Shown here in pieces: positions 29,073-42,499 of a stretch of DNA of 64,000 bases (position 1 is the stretch's first letter; each line of letters opens with the position of its first letter). The position numbers and the translations under genes are program-made. Source of the stretch: Tubiluchus corallicola (lineage: Eukaryota; Animalia; Priapulida). Below the pieces are notes generated by a model. It ran no database searches, was not told the origin of the DNA, and saw only the letters and a program-made list of their open reading frames with translations. Where the stretch lies: contig JAQGDQ010000058.1 in the NCBI GenBank assembly GCA_030141605.1, positions 95,852-159,851 on the forward strand, given 5' to 3'.

Positions 29073-30637
29073 AAAATGAGAAGGCCAGATTCTAATCACG
29101 CCAAAAACTATGGATCGAGTAGGCTCCGCAGTTAAATACTAAATTTCAGCTTGCAGTGCGTTGAAGAATATGATTGAAAATCATTTAGATGACAAACAAA
29201 GTAAAATAATAATCACGAACGACGAAATCTGGGCATCAATTTACCTGCAATTGCAGGCTGCGTAAGGCATTCAGCATGCAAAGGCAGATGATAAATTGGA
29301 CGCGTGACTTCCGCATTTCAAAAACCGAATTTCCGGCCACATGTCGACAATGATTACGATCTCGACGGCATGCGACGATAAATATTGTTATGGATTATGT
29401 TCAGTTTTGCGAATCTCCATTTTTGCACACAATTTTCTTTTCATAATTATTCCGCGATTTAATCTCATCTTTATCTTCGAGGTTCGACATTTCAACGTGA
29501 ATTGATTATTAGCAGATGTGAGCGGTCTTAAAATGATCATTTAAGCTACTCACTGAAGGAGAAGACATATACTCCGTTACCAGTCATGTTCGTTAATAGC
29601 ACAGCCGAGGCAACACACGAGAAATACACAACATAACAAAAAATATGGAGCGTAATTAGAAGAAACACCGAGCCCTCAGCCGCAGCATCTGGAAAATTGT
29701 TAAAACATTATTGCATCATTGTAAAATTTTCTTTTTTAATTCTCATTGTTAAATCTGCAATATCGTGTATTTTTAAATTCATGACCTGGAACGAAGAAAT
29801 AGTAATTATACTGTATGAAAATATTTCGTAAAACTGAAGATGTACGTCTTCATTTGCAAAATATATTGATATGATACAAGAAAGTTTTTGGCAGTAGCTT
29901 TTGATGAAGTTTTTAGGTTGTTGTTGTAGACGTTATTGTTGTTAATTATTTTGACTTGTTTCACTGCTCTCGCGGGTTTATGATATTATATAATTATAAA
30001 TATTAAGTCTTTCTTGCGATATATATATATATATATATAAATTGGCCAGAAAAGAAAGCATTTTGTTTTGTTCTTATTTAAAGTTAATCAAATAGTTGTA
30101 CTTTGCAAAGCCATACACTAAACTAAACTACGTGTAAGGGTTGTGCATTTCTTCCTATAACGAAACTAGACTGTATATTTCCACCAGTTTACTTGCAATT
30201 TCAATTGACAATAATAACATCTAGAACTAGGCTAATATTTCTCCCGCTAACTATTGAAAATTTGAACATTTTTCATAACAGTGTTAGACGGAGCTGTAGC
30301 TAAATGTCCCGAACCTACCTGCTGCAAGGGTGTGTGAAATAACTTGCACACTGATTGGGCAGTCAACGAAAATGATTGACGTTACGTTAGACGTCAATTC
30401 CGTAGGCACGCAGATTTGAATCACAGTGTTTGCCAGCGCCAGGCAAATTCCTGTTACGTGTTTGAAGTTTGTGTATTACGTTTTTATATGTTGTTAGCGT
30501 CAGGCGAATTCTTATTATGTATTCGGTTTTTGTGAATTAGGCTTTTATCTATTGCTGTGTCAGGCAATTTTACTACTATATGTGTGTTCTGTTTTTGTGT
30601 GTTAGGTAAATGATAAATAAAGTTGTTACATGCTAAA

Positions 30638-30790
30638 GTTGCTGTTGCTGTTGTTGCTGTAGTTAATTTTATTGGTGTTGTTGTCGTCGTCACCGCCCTT
30701 GTTGTTATTGTTTTTGTTGTTGTTCTTGCTGCTGTTGCTGTGGTTATCGTTGTTGTTATCGTTCTCGATGATCGACGTTGTTGTTGTTAT
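30638..30790 (+). repeat. Degenerate (GTT/GCT)n tract
   Basis: Directly visible; a similar shorter tract lies at 31360-31445. Confidence 0.88.
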
Positions 30791-32299
30791 TGTTTAAATT
30801 CAACCTCGAATGTTCATGACTTAAATCATACTTCTACCTTCACCGCATAATTCAAAACACATTATAGGCGACGATGACGTAGCTTAACATCTAAAAAGAA
30901 AACTGTATCAAATGTCTTTTATTTTCTCTCCCGGAAAACTAGTTTTTAACAAATTCTTGTCGATCTGCTTATCTGTACATTACTACACTCTCCCTAGAAC
31001 TATGACATAGTGCAATAGATTTTCAGCAAGACCGATAGACTAACAAAAGAAGCAGTTTATTTTCCGTATCGGGAAATTTTGCTGTTTTCTCGGACGCTTT
31101 ATGTTTGTCACCTCATGTTTACTAACTGCTTACATACATTCAATTCTAATAAATTTTTCAGACGACGACGTAAACCCTGTAATGAACAAATAAAGAAATA
31201 CGTCTCATGCGATAAAACACTGCAACACTTTGGTCACATCCATATTAACCCGAAGCCTTGAAGGATAAATAGGATCTTATCTCTAACAGGATAAAAATAT
31301 TTCACAGTAGAATTTGTTGTAGATCTAAACTTGGGATTTATGGCAAATTGTAAGGCTAATAGTTGTAGTTGTTGTCGTTGCCGTTTTTTGGCGTTGTTGT
31401 TGTTGTTGTCGTCGTTGTCGCTGCTGTTACTGTTATTGTTGTTATAGATACACTTAGGACAAATACCATTTCACCAGGTCAAAGATCATTGTTTATAGTG
31501 GAACACTGCAAGACTGAATACAATAAGTAGACCACAATTATACTTGAGAAGACTGAACCACAATCTGACAGACGACCATCTTCTTTCATAATGTTTCATC
31601 TTTTGTTTGATGATGATGATCGCATAATTATGCAAAAGTTGTTGCATAATGATAATTATCACAAAACTTGTATGATAGTAATGAATTTTGTAATACACAA
31701 CGCAGGATTTTTGCTACATAATTCTGCATTGTTACATAATGATCTTAACGTTTTTGTGGACAGTGAATCATACATAAGTTGCTGCGTTTCAAACAGATTG
31801 TGACTGTGTTAACTTCAAATGTTTGTTTTACAGTCTTCACGAGCGGCACCACTATGGTTGGCGTGTCGAACTATCGAAATAATTACCAGCACTTTATTAC
31901 CATATTAACGAATTAACACGTTTTCTGCAATAAAAATGAATTGACTACAGTATGCATAAATCAGTCAAGCAGAAATGACCATACCTTTCACAACCAAGAT
32001 TAAAAACAGGTGAAGGCAGAATAAGAGGATGGGGAGAAAGAAGAGTAGGATGAGGCCTAAAAAATTTTTATAAACGTATTTTTATTGGCAAAAACAAATA
32101 AGATATGACCACTGTTAGCACCGCCACCGATAGGGCCCCAAAAAGTAATGTCATACAAGCTATTAATTAGTTAACCTAGCTGTACCATTATATAGACAGA
32201 GTAACTATGTTGCGTACTAATAAGCAAAAACATCTATATGAACTGTATCAAAATAATGAATGAAACTACAAGAATGTATTTTTATGAATGAGTGAACAG

Positions 32300-33365
32300 T
32301 ATCAAATATAATTGCATTTTGGTCATGGTTTAGAAGAGTACTACAATTTTTAAGAAAAGACTAATAATTATTAGAGATTCAGTGTCCAAGAAATAATGTT
32401 AAATGGAATAATATCATTTAAGTAGAAATTGGATAACTTGCGTTTAAATTGCTCTCTACTTAGAGCACATAGAGGACACTCGAGCAAATAAAGGGTAACA
32501 GATACAGTATGATAACCATTAGAACATTTTACCAACATGTTACCTCTAGAATGTTTACAACCATACACGTTTAAACGAAGCGAGCAAGGTGTACATAGAA
32601 ATTTGGGAACTGTGTACCATGAACTAAGTGTTTTGGGTTTGTTTGACGTAGTTCTTTAAAATAATCATGTTTACAGCTACTGATCGAAGTTGATAGTTGT
32701 ATATAAGAAGAAAGCTTATTCCAATCGACACAGCTGAATGAAAGAAAATTATTGTGAATCGTAACGAGTACTAAACAGGTTATGTTAATACGATTTCAAA
32801 ACAAGTAAGCAGATATAGAAAAGAATGGCACAAGCTATTGATAATTTTCTAAAATATACAGAGTTTATGAAACAGTCTTCTTGGATAGCAAATCAAAGCC
32901 ACCGTGATATAATAAATTTGTAACAGCAAAAAGGCCGCACGTTTTTGGAACGTTTTGCACATTTTCCAGAGAATCAGAAAGGCATGTAGGTATATGCACC
33001 AAACAGAGTCATAATCGTATAATCGTAGAATAGGGCGGATCATAGATGTGTAACGTTATTCTAACACTAGACGGGTAACACACATTTTTTCAGTACATCG
33101 AATTATTTATCTGTTTTCGCCGTTGAATGCTGTATATGAACACCCCATTTCTTAAATTAGATTGGAGATCAAGTGTTTGTGCCAACGAACAGTTTTTAAG
33201 ACAGTATCGTTCAGATAAACTGATAGAGCAATTGCTGACGTGATGTGACAGGCACTGACTAAGTAAGATGCAAAGGTCTATTCGGTGCAAAGGAGAATAC
33301 CTAGGAACAGAGTACAACCAAACTTGAACCAGAATACAACATAAACACATTGTCTTGTATGACCA
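32300..33365 (-). mobile_element. Decayed LINE ORF2 3' fragment
   Basis: YTSMIRPIL...DSVW, FQKRAAFLL, and a zinc-knuckle remnant TVSVTLYLLECPLCALSREQF. Confidence 0.7.
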
Positions 33366-33367
33366 AA

Positions 33368-33490
33368 CGGTATAATCTGGTACTAACGCGCCCGCTTGGC
33401 ATTTGGGAGGTTGTGTGCTAGATATTGCGGCGGGCTCATACGAAAGACGGTACTTGCTGTTGCCTTGCCTGGCGCGTGGTATTTAGATTA
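33368..33490 (+). mobile_element. Degenerate tRNA-SINE with a conserved-core-like segment (possibly Meta domain)
   Basis: Decayed tRNA head followed by TCATACGAAAGAC-GGTACTTGCTG..CCTTGCCTGGCG, which resembles a widespread metazoan SINE core recalled from memory. Confidence 0.45.
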
Positions 33491-33595
33491 ATTTTTTTGG
33501 GGCTGAATTCTTTGAGATTATGTTATTTCTTTAACGATTATCGTTAAATTTTTGTAGTACGCTGGTGAGTTGCTGGAAATAACCACATCGATATA

Positions 33596-33665
33596 GAGGG
33601 CGAGAGGGAGGGAGGGAGAGAGAGGGAGGGAGGGAGGGAGAGGGAGGGAGGGAGAGAGAGAGAGG

Positions 33666-33753
<88 letters not shown>

Positions 33754-33760
33754 AGGGAGT
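33596..33760 (+). repeat. (AGGG)n/(AG)n tract
   Basis: Directly visible. Confidence 0.95.
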
Positions 33761-34254
33761 GAAATCACATACGTTTTTTCAACAAACTGTGAGTGAAATC
33801 ACAACAAACTGCACTAGATTGGTCGAGACTCATTCACATTCACTTTTTAACCCATAAGCCAATTTGCGGCATTAATACTGTCCCTAAGAGATGACCGAGA
33901 ATTCACCCCGCTGACCTAAACACATCCCGGATTTCCCGCCGAATTAACCTAATGTCTAGGAAACAGTACGCAAATGCGCAACCCGTCAATGACTAGGAAG
34001 CCATGAGAATCGTATCAAATTGAATTGCGTGTACTGACATGCAATAGAAACTTATGGTCCGAGTTAGGATTGATGGGCTTTGCTGAAAAAATAGACGTTT
34101 ACTGCGTTTACAACATTCCGCCTTTGTACTCAATCCACCCTATCTACAATTTCTGTTTTGGCACAGTTCGATTTGCAGTGATCAAGATGGGTGACAGAAT
34201 AGAATTCGAGGCTCACTTATTTTTGTAAAAATACACCTCGTTCATGGTATTGTT

Positions 34255-34720
34255 TAATCACCTCGATTAATATCTGCCCGAGTACTTAGTCTTCACAGCA
34301 TCCACTGACACCAGTCCGAGTTTCTAGTCACTTCAACTGAATAACAGTCTGATTACTTTACCTTGTCAACTATTGATGACATCACAAACTAACACTTTGA
34401 TTACTTCAAGTGAATAGTGAGTGTAGGTTTCATTACGTACTTTTCGTGTGACTACATCTTTGAATGACAAATCACTTCAAAAAATCACCATTAAAGTGTT
34501 TGTTCACCTGAAGTGTGTATTAGTGTGAGTACCTCCTTACTTTTTCAAAGCGATAAGTGATTCATCTGAATATCCGTTTCTTAACAAATAGAGTGAGAAC
34601 GAAGATATCCGTTTCAGAATCTAAGCTGCTTTAATAAGTGCTCACCCACTGACAATCACCTTGACTAAATACCATTTCAGCACTTAGTCCCCTTAACTGA
34701 GTAGGATGTCTGGGTACTTA
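34255..34720 (+). repeat. Highly degenerate ~33-bp minisatellite
   Basis: Units such as TAGTCACTTCAACTGAATAACAGTCTGATTACT, TGTTCACCTGAAGTGTGTATTAGTGTGAGTACC and TAGTCCCCTTAACTGAGTAGGATGTCTGGGTACT. Confidence 0.6.
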
Positions 34721-37700
34721 AGCAGAGTATTTTTAAAGATCTCACCACAGCAACAGAATTAAGCCTGATAACTTCAGCAGTCTAGCCACTTATGGGCGAA
34801 ATAGACAATAAGTTAGTTACCTAACATATGAGATCAGAACGGCCAGCGGGATTCTATTTCCAAATGTCTTGCATCGGAAGTTAGCAGCTGGCGGCTGCTT
34901 ACAAATATTAAAAGATCTGTTGGAAGAAATATTATTACTTTAAAAAGGTTTCATCCACAAAACCCACGTGAATGCAAATACAATTTTTCAGTTTTATTTT
35001 AACGAGTTTACTTTTTAGGTATTAAAATATCTTACTTTCGTTATAAAAACTTCTTGCTTTTAAAAATATTTTAAGTATTTAGTTTTTCTGGCAAAACGAG
35101 TACTTTCAACGAGTAAGCAAAATAAGTGCACAATGAATCCATAGTATCTTTTGTGAAATCAACAGCGTATAGTAAACTTTGCACAAAATCACTGCGCATT
35201 TTATTTATTTTATGAAATCAATTAGCTGTTTTATTCGTATTCAATTACACAATTATAGCCCTCTCCATATTATTAATTTCCTAATTAAATGGCTTTTATA
35301 GATGCCCATGTTGGTACATAATTGCATAAGCGTTCAATCACCGACCTCAGCAACCATCATATAAACTAGAAATTAAAACAATTAAATGCAACGTTGCACT
35401 TGTCAATAATGGCACATAATGGCCTAAGCAAAGTCATAAATCTGAACCGAAATCTTGCGCAGAGCTCAGGATAGAGCTATGTTTACTGCGTAAGATTAGT
35501 TATGAAGTGGACCGTGGACGCCACGAATGCAACGCAACAGGAAAACAATGTAATATAACCCAAATAGGTACCATGCAACGTAATGTGGTGCAGGCAAAGC
35601 GATGTAACACAGCACAAGGTAAAATAAAACAAAAGAACATGATACGGTATGATACGATAAAGCAGAAGTACAAGACAATGTATAACATTGTATTAATATA
35701 ATATCATGTAATATATAATTATAACATGATACATATATTAATAATATATAAATAAATATCTAAATGATAGGCCAAGAACAAGAACTAAGCTAATTTGTAT
35801 CCCATTTTGGTTAATTTGTTGCTGGTAAATGCTTATGCAACAGATGGGGATCAACTGTTCCCAGCCATCATTTGTTTAAACAATAAATGCTGCAGACTGC
35901 AGAAGTAAAAGCACATGTTAATGGCGTTGCAGTTTGAAAGAAGTGCAGCAGCAGAAGTGGGTAACATAAAACGTTTCGGTTGTTACAAGCAAACTAGTCA
36001 AAGTGACTTCGTTGTGCATTTTCTAACTATGCATAGCCAAATTTGCTAAAGAAAATTCTGCGAGTTTGCAATGACACAAATTTCACTTATAAAGATCAAC
36101 AGATGATTTTTTCTTATTCCCAGTACAAATAATAATCATATGATACCGTGAACGTTAACAGATGATGAGCAAAATTATCAAAAAGCCGTGGACGATGCTG
36201 TAAAACATGGTGTATTGTCAAATGAACAGAGAAGATAATTGAACTATGCTGCTTGTTCAATGCAAACAGGTTTCACACTGACTCGTCTCATTCTAAATCC
36301 TAGAATCACGCGGTTTTTAATCTCGTAACTGCGTCAAACGCGAAAGTCGAATTTTCAATAAGTTGATCACGACAACATCGACGTATAAAAGGTCAAGCGT
36401 TAAAATAAGGGAATTAAGTCGAGTCGTGATTTTTCTGGAGTCGGCTTGTTGAGATCATGTGAGTCTTACGCAACTCTCTCAATTCTAGATTAAGTTAATT
36501 AAAGATTAGCCGGGTCGATGCGTCGCTATGTTTGTCCAAGAATCAGTCTAGGTTAGCCATGATACTAATGAAGTGGACAAGTTCGTTAGCTTCGTGACCA
36601 ATGCCACTGATTGAAAGAAAAGCTTTGGGCGCTGTTGAAAACCTCATTACGACTGAGTCTCCGAGTCGAGCTGTTGCTGTGCTGGATGCAGCCAAACATG
36701 AATAAAACATGCTTGAACTTAATCAGATTGCTAATGCGCTGATATTTAACATAATCAAATTGTGCGATGAGTGAGTGGCTAATCAGTAGACAGAGGAGCG
36801 AAGCTTTTGCTCATTTTAATTTTTATTTTTAATTTGTGGGGGACTAATCAAATTAATTGCAACTATCAAGTGGAATTTTGTTTGGCAAATTTGTTAAGAG
36901 CAAGATTATCTGTAGTTATATGCATCAATTAATCAACTGCTATACAAAATCAGCAAAAAGAAACTTTAATAATCGTACTACTACTCGAACAACTACCAAA
37001 TTAATGGCTATATTCAGGATTTCGACGACAACCTAAATGACATGGGTAGAGCCTTTATAACTTCCTGAACATAAAAACCGTAAACAAATCAGGCTTCAGT
37101 ATTGTTTACATGCTTCACTGTATACCAAAGAGGACAACATCATAAACAGCATTACTGCTAATATAGGGGAGTAATATCAAGCGGCATTTTCCAATTTACG
37201 TAGGAACTGTTAGTAAAGCCAAAGACATTTTACCCCATTAACTTGGTTATTTGGTCTAGGCGTTTATAGATCTAGCTACATGTGTTAATATAAACCCCGA
37301 GAGAGTGACTAATTATGCAATATTAAAAGCTGAACTATTCACAGCCCACCTACGATCTAAACAACGACGTTCTAACCACAGGCAGCAATGTAGAGACATA
37401 TATTTTCCGTAGTCACACTAAGATATGTAGTACTCTGGTTTGCTGATCACATATGATGCTATCCGTGATTGTGGCATTTATATTACATTAAATATTGCAA
37501 GTCTAAAAATCCAATTATACCATTTGAAAAATCAATGCCTAGGCATCAAGTCAGAGGGAATTCACAGAATGGATACTCTTACCATATTAATTATTATTTG
37601 TTGCTGTTTGAAGTTTCCAGAACACAATATCATATCTATACCATATCATGTTTGCACATCATATAAATTGAAATAAGTCCAAATGGCCAGGGGAGTTTTA

Positions 37701-40298
37701 GCAATTACTTTCATCTAGCTTTTTTGGATAAACTTAAAACAGAAGGAAGGCCTATTGGCCACTGCTTGGCGAACGGCTCTGATTTGAAGAGGTTTAAGCA
37801 GTGTAGAAGCCAATCACACTCGACATTTTGCAGCAACCTTCTATAATAAACATTTCATTTTAGAGCAACCTTCTATAATGAGAATTTTAAGTTCACAAAA
37901 CCCAACTAGTCAGCCGAATTCAGATTTTAATCTCAGTTTTTATTCACATAATCTCATGTTTGTTGTTATTAAAAGCGATCCCATTGGTGGAGAGGAAATC
38001 GTTTTGCTATAACAGCTGAACTTTAAACAGTCTAATCGCATAGATGATAATCACCAAAAATTGTGTGCTCACTGTATGGATGACTTGTTATCAAATTGAG
38101 TCAGTTTCTGACTGTGCAAAGACTCTATTCATCTGTGTAAACATGCAGATTAGCGAAATTAATAAAGTACTGGCTGAAACGAAGAACAATGCAGACCTAC
38201 TGTTACTGTTACAGTCAGACATAATGAATAACATATTTTTCGTTATAAGACTTCAGTCCCCTAACAGGCATATACCAGAATTCAATTCAACGTCCAAGAT
38301 GCACCGTCCCATTAAAGATTCTGTGCGTTTTTTCAAAGCTGAAAAGCAGCATTCCATCACCATATGTGCCACGCATTCTGTACATAAACTTATCTTTGCA
38401 ACATTCATAGTAAATATATGTACAATTAATAATTTTATATCCTCCAAGATTAAAAAAGTTCCAAATGTGGCTAATTAATAATTAATAAATGAGTAAAACA
38501 ATATTGATCAACTTAAAAGGGTCATAAGAAAAAAATCTGAATATTAGCTGTATAACTTGCTTCATGACAAAAACTCCAGAAACATGCAAATTCCTGAAAC
38601 TGATTATTGATTGTACACATTACATTAAACAGAACTTTAAATTAATTAAATTAAACTAATTAAACTCAAATCTGAGTAAATAATGTTATTTTGGAACTAA
38701 TGAACATGACTTTTGAATCACATCTGTGAAAAATTAATTTTGGACATCGAAAGGCCAAATCTTTTGTGTAAAACGATACCACAGTGGAACAAAATTAACA
38801 TTTTACTCAGAAATGTTATCCTACTGGTCTCCACAAGACATGAATGATTTGTCACAATTCATGTCTGTAGATGATTTAGTCTGCTATGTATTCAGTCTAA
38901 CGTTTATTACAAGTCTGTGATAATCTATAAATGCATTGCATTAGCAATAGATTAACGATACTAAGATATGTGCAGCATCATAATGGTCCGTAGACAATTG
39001 CTGTTGAGTTCATTGATGTGCAGAGTCAACAATTTCTAGTATTCGCTGAAAGTATGATGATAGAAAGGCACGACATCAGTTTGCATTCTTTATTGCACAA
39101 GATCATGCAAGCTTATAGCTTGCAGTAATTGATAATATTAGTCGTGGATCAGGAAACTTAGCCATAAATGTTTAACAAATGACATGACAGTAATGAATGC
39201 TTACAAACTGAAAAGTAATTTTTTTAAATGATAAGTTTTTAAAAAAATTTTTCTCTGTGACAGATGAATATTTTGTTGTGGTAATAGTTATATCATTGCA
39301 GTATTAGCGATGTGTTGATTATAATGGAAATTCAAAGTTTAAAGGACAAGAAAGCTTTTACTTACGTAAAGCCGAAAAATGCATTTTGAAATTTTGCATT
39401 ACCTACATATAGGCTTATTGCACAGTATGAGTATTAGCTGTATTAGAGCTTGTATTAGGAGCAATGGTGATAGAACTTGAAAATTTAAAATCCCACAATG
39501 ACTGTTAGTGCAGCCAATTTGATGATTAGTTTGAAACATGTTTAGATAACACTGCATAAAGTCCAAAAAATAATCAAAGCATAAGTAGCACACACTTAAC
39601 TAACTAAGCAAAACTACAAATTATTTTGTCTTGTCAATAAGATTCATAATAAGTATTTTGGAAGCGAGTGACATTTTAGCTATTGGTACGAACATTTTAA
39701 ATTATTAAGAACTTTCTTTCTCAGTTACATTACGTCTTTCAAACAGGCAAGAGCAATGCTAAGCAACATAACTTCTTATGGCAAGTTTTTGAGACACATT
39801 TTAAAATTCTTTTTCTTTCCCTTTAAGCAAGCAATGTAAAAATTTTTAATACACAAGAAAAAAATTTACCATGTGTTAAAAAAATTTCATAGGAAAAACT
39901 GCTAAGCTTTAATGTGTATTAAGAAGTTGATTAATATGAAAATATCTACGTAACTTGTAACCAATGGCATATAGTCACTAAACATGGAAATAAATTAGAC
40001 TCTTCCAATTATTTACACTATATTATATCTACACTTCTCTGAAGTGGAAAATTCAGAAATGACTACACAGTTGGGAGATGAATTTACACTCTTTAAAAAT
40101 AACACTGTGGTAATGCGCTACGCCACAATGGCCGAATAACTGAAGCATTAAATTTTTTTCAAAAGACACTACTACACAAAACATCATTTACTGACATTTA
40201 GCAACTTTTTTTCACTAAGAAAAACTTATTTTCTTAGCAATGAAAATGAAAAATATACATGCTATTATGAAGTAATTAACACTTATTTACATTTACTA

Positions 40299-40409
40299 TC
40301 AACTGCGCTCTTGTTTAATTTGAAGCTGTGGGTTATCATCATCATAATCTTCTTGTCTGTCTTCTGCTTCTCCACAAGTTTCTTGTGCTTTTACCATTCT
40401 CAGTAAAGG
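40299..40409 (-). CDS. BANP: BANP terminal coding exon (PLLRMVKAQETCGEAEDRQEDYDDDNPQLQIKQERS*)
   Basis: Strong acceptor tctttttgctttgtttag. Phase 0, open to TGA, followed by TAG TAA. IKQE is a SUMO-consensus motif. Confidence 0.8.
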   Translation of the reverse strand, partial: PLLRMVKAQETCGEAEDRQEDYDDDNPQLQIKQERS

Positions 40410-42499
40410 CTAAACAAAGCAAAAAGACAAGAAATTAAATTTTAAAGCGTGCCATTTAGTTTAATTTGCACATCACAAAATCATTTCAATCTTTGCAGGG
40501 AGTCAAGTCCTGTGTATGTGTGTGTGAGTTCTGTACATGATTTATAATTTATTTATTAGTGCCAAAGACAGAAATAAGAAATATATATATATATACAATT
40601 TCAATAAGTGAAATATGTCGACACTACACACAAACAGTTATTGATGAAACAAATATAACTTAAAATTGTTCCCGTTAATTGTTTTAGTCATTTAAAAGAA
40701 AAGTTTGGTGATTAGTGTGTAAAATAAATTGTCACTCGTCTGGCCTTCATTTCCAAATGATATGATCATTACACAGTATTTAATTTTTGTTCATCACGTC
40801 TCAAAATGCGTTTTCAACATAATCAATAAATACCTTAGTTACTTCGAAATCACTGCTTACCACCAAGAATAAAAATTTATCAATATTGCTCATAAGCAGA
40901 AATTCTGGTATGTAATTGCATTGATGTGATTACGTAATTTTCCTAATTACTAATAGCGTGAGATGATTCTCAGTTTTGTCAGTTTTGTTATAGGATACAT
41001 TTGGAATAACTAGAAAGGTTTAGTATATTGATGAGTATATTTAGCAAATGAGAAATAAAAACAGAAAGATCTGTAGATGGTCTCTTCTTCTCTCAGAATA
41101 TAATTTTGACATAGAATACAAGAAAGGTTCTGAAAATCTTGCTGATGTTTTCTCAAGAGCCTAAATTCGAATTATTAGATTAAGTAAAGCTTGATTTCCA
41201 ATGAATAAGCATTTAGTTGCTAAGATATTTCCTTTTTTTGCAAATTACCTTAGTGTGAAAAACATTAAAGTCAAGGTATACATGTTTTTGAATAATGTGA
41301 TTTTGTTACTAACATAGTAATTATTTGGATAAATGTACATGTATTTTGTTTTGCAATGTGTACAAATATTTGCATGTCCAGTACGACAGAATTTTGGTCA
41401 AATTTAGTGTGCAATTGCTGATTGTTATTTTTTTAATGTGACATCACTTTTGCATTGTATTGAAATACTTTTGACTAATGTTGTGAATTATTACCTAACT
41501 TGATTTATTTTGTTATGTATATTGATGGATTAGTCAGTTTTGCTATGTTTGCGTATTAGCCAATTGTTGTGCTTTTGGTCCAAGAATGTTATTACTTTAG
41601 GCTTAAAAATCCCTAACAATTGTCTTCAAAGGGGGGTCTTTTGTAAGGTTCTTACACATAGCTAAACTAGATATTACTGTAGTATAGTCTGCGGGAAGGG
41701 CTTCCTACCTATCACCCCTCCTTTGATAATATACTATAAACTATCCATGCATAACATGATCTTGGAAAGTGCATGACACAGATAGCCAGGAGAGTACAGT
41801 GGAACTGCTGGATCTGAAAGCAGCCAAAAATGCTTTAACTTTATACTTTAACTTTACTTACAAAAATGGTTAAAATCCTAAACTTGATTATAAGACTCTT
41901 TGAAGCACTAAACTTGTGCACATCTACTATTTGACTGATCTAACATAAAGAGATTATCAGTGATGATACCAAACTACTGCAGTTTTGATGTTGTGGATGG
42001 AGCTTTATTCACACTGAGATGTTGGAACTTTCTACAATGTGTCCTATGCTAAACTACATGAAGAGGCATGACTAGCCACCAGTGTCCAGACGTTGCGGAT
42101 TGTGGACGTGTCCTGAGTCAACCACAAAGACCTGTGAGCCATTCCTTAGTTCATATTTGATTGGTGCTACAGCCGGCGTCATCACCGTTGATTGTTATGG
42201 CCATAGACTTGAAGTCGTTGATGTGTTGCTGTGACAGATTGGAGTGAGCTACGTCCGCGGACTCCTCTCCTATGTCCTTATCCTCTCAGGGGAAGGGTTA
42301 ACTGATAAGTAGACATTTTGTTTTCTTTTCACTTTGTTATTTTTGTTATTCTTAACTGCCTTTATGAGAAACTGTTATTGATGTTATAACCTGTTCTAAA
42401 TTATCTAAACAGAGTAAAAAGTGAATAAAAATAGTAAACATAATCGTAATCTTTTCCTCCGTTTCATATAAGATTTTGTTGTTGGAATGTTTGGAATCT

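Noticed and set aside
38044-38478. 144-aa plus ORF and overlapping minus ORF
   Set aside because: No recognisable domain and no phase-consistent neighbouring exons found.
42060-42450. GC-rich patch with downstream AATAAA, resembling a solo LTR or extra exon
   Set aside because: No TG...CA termini with a TSD identified, and no in-phase BANP exon.
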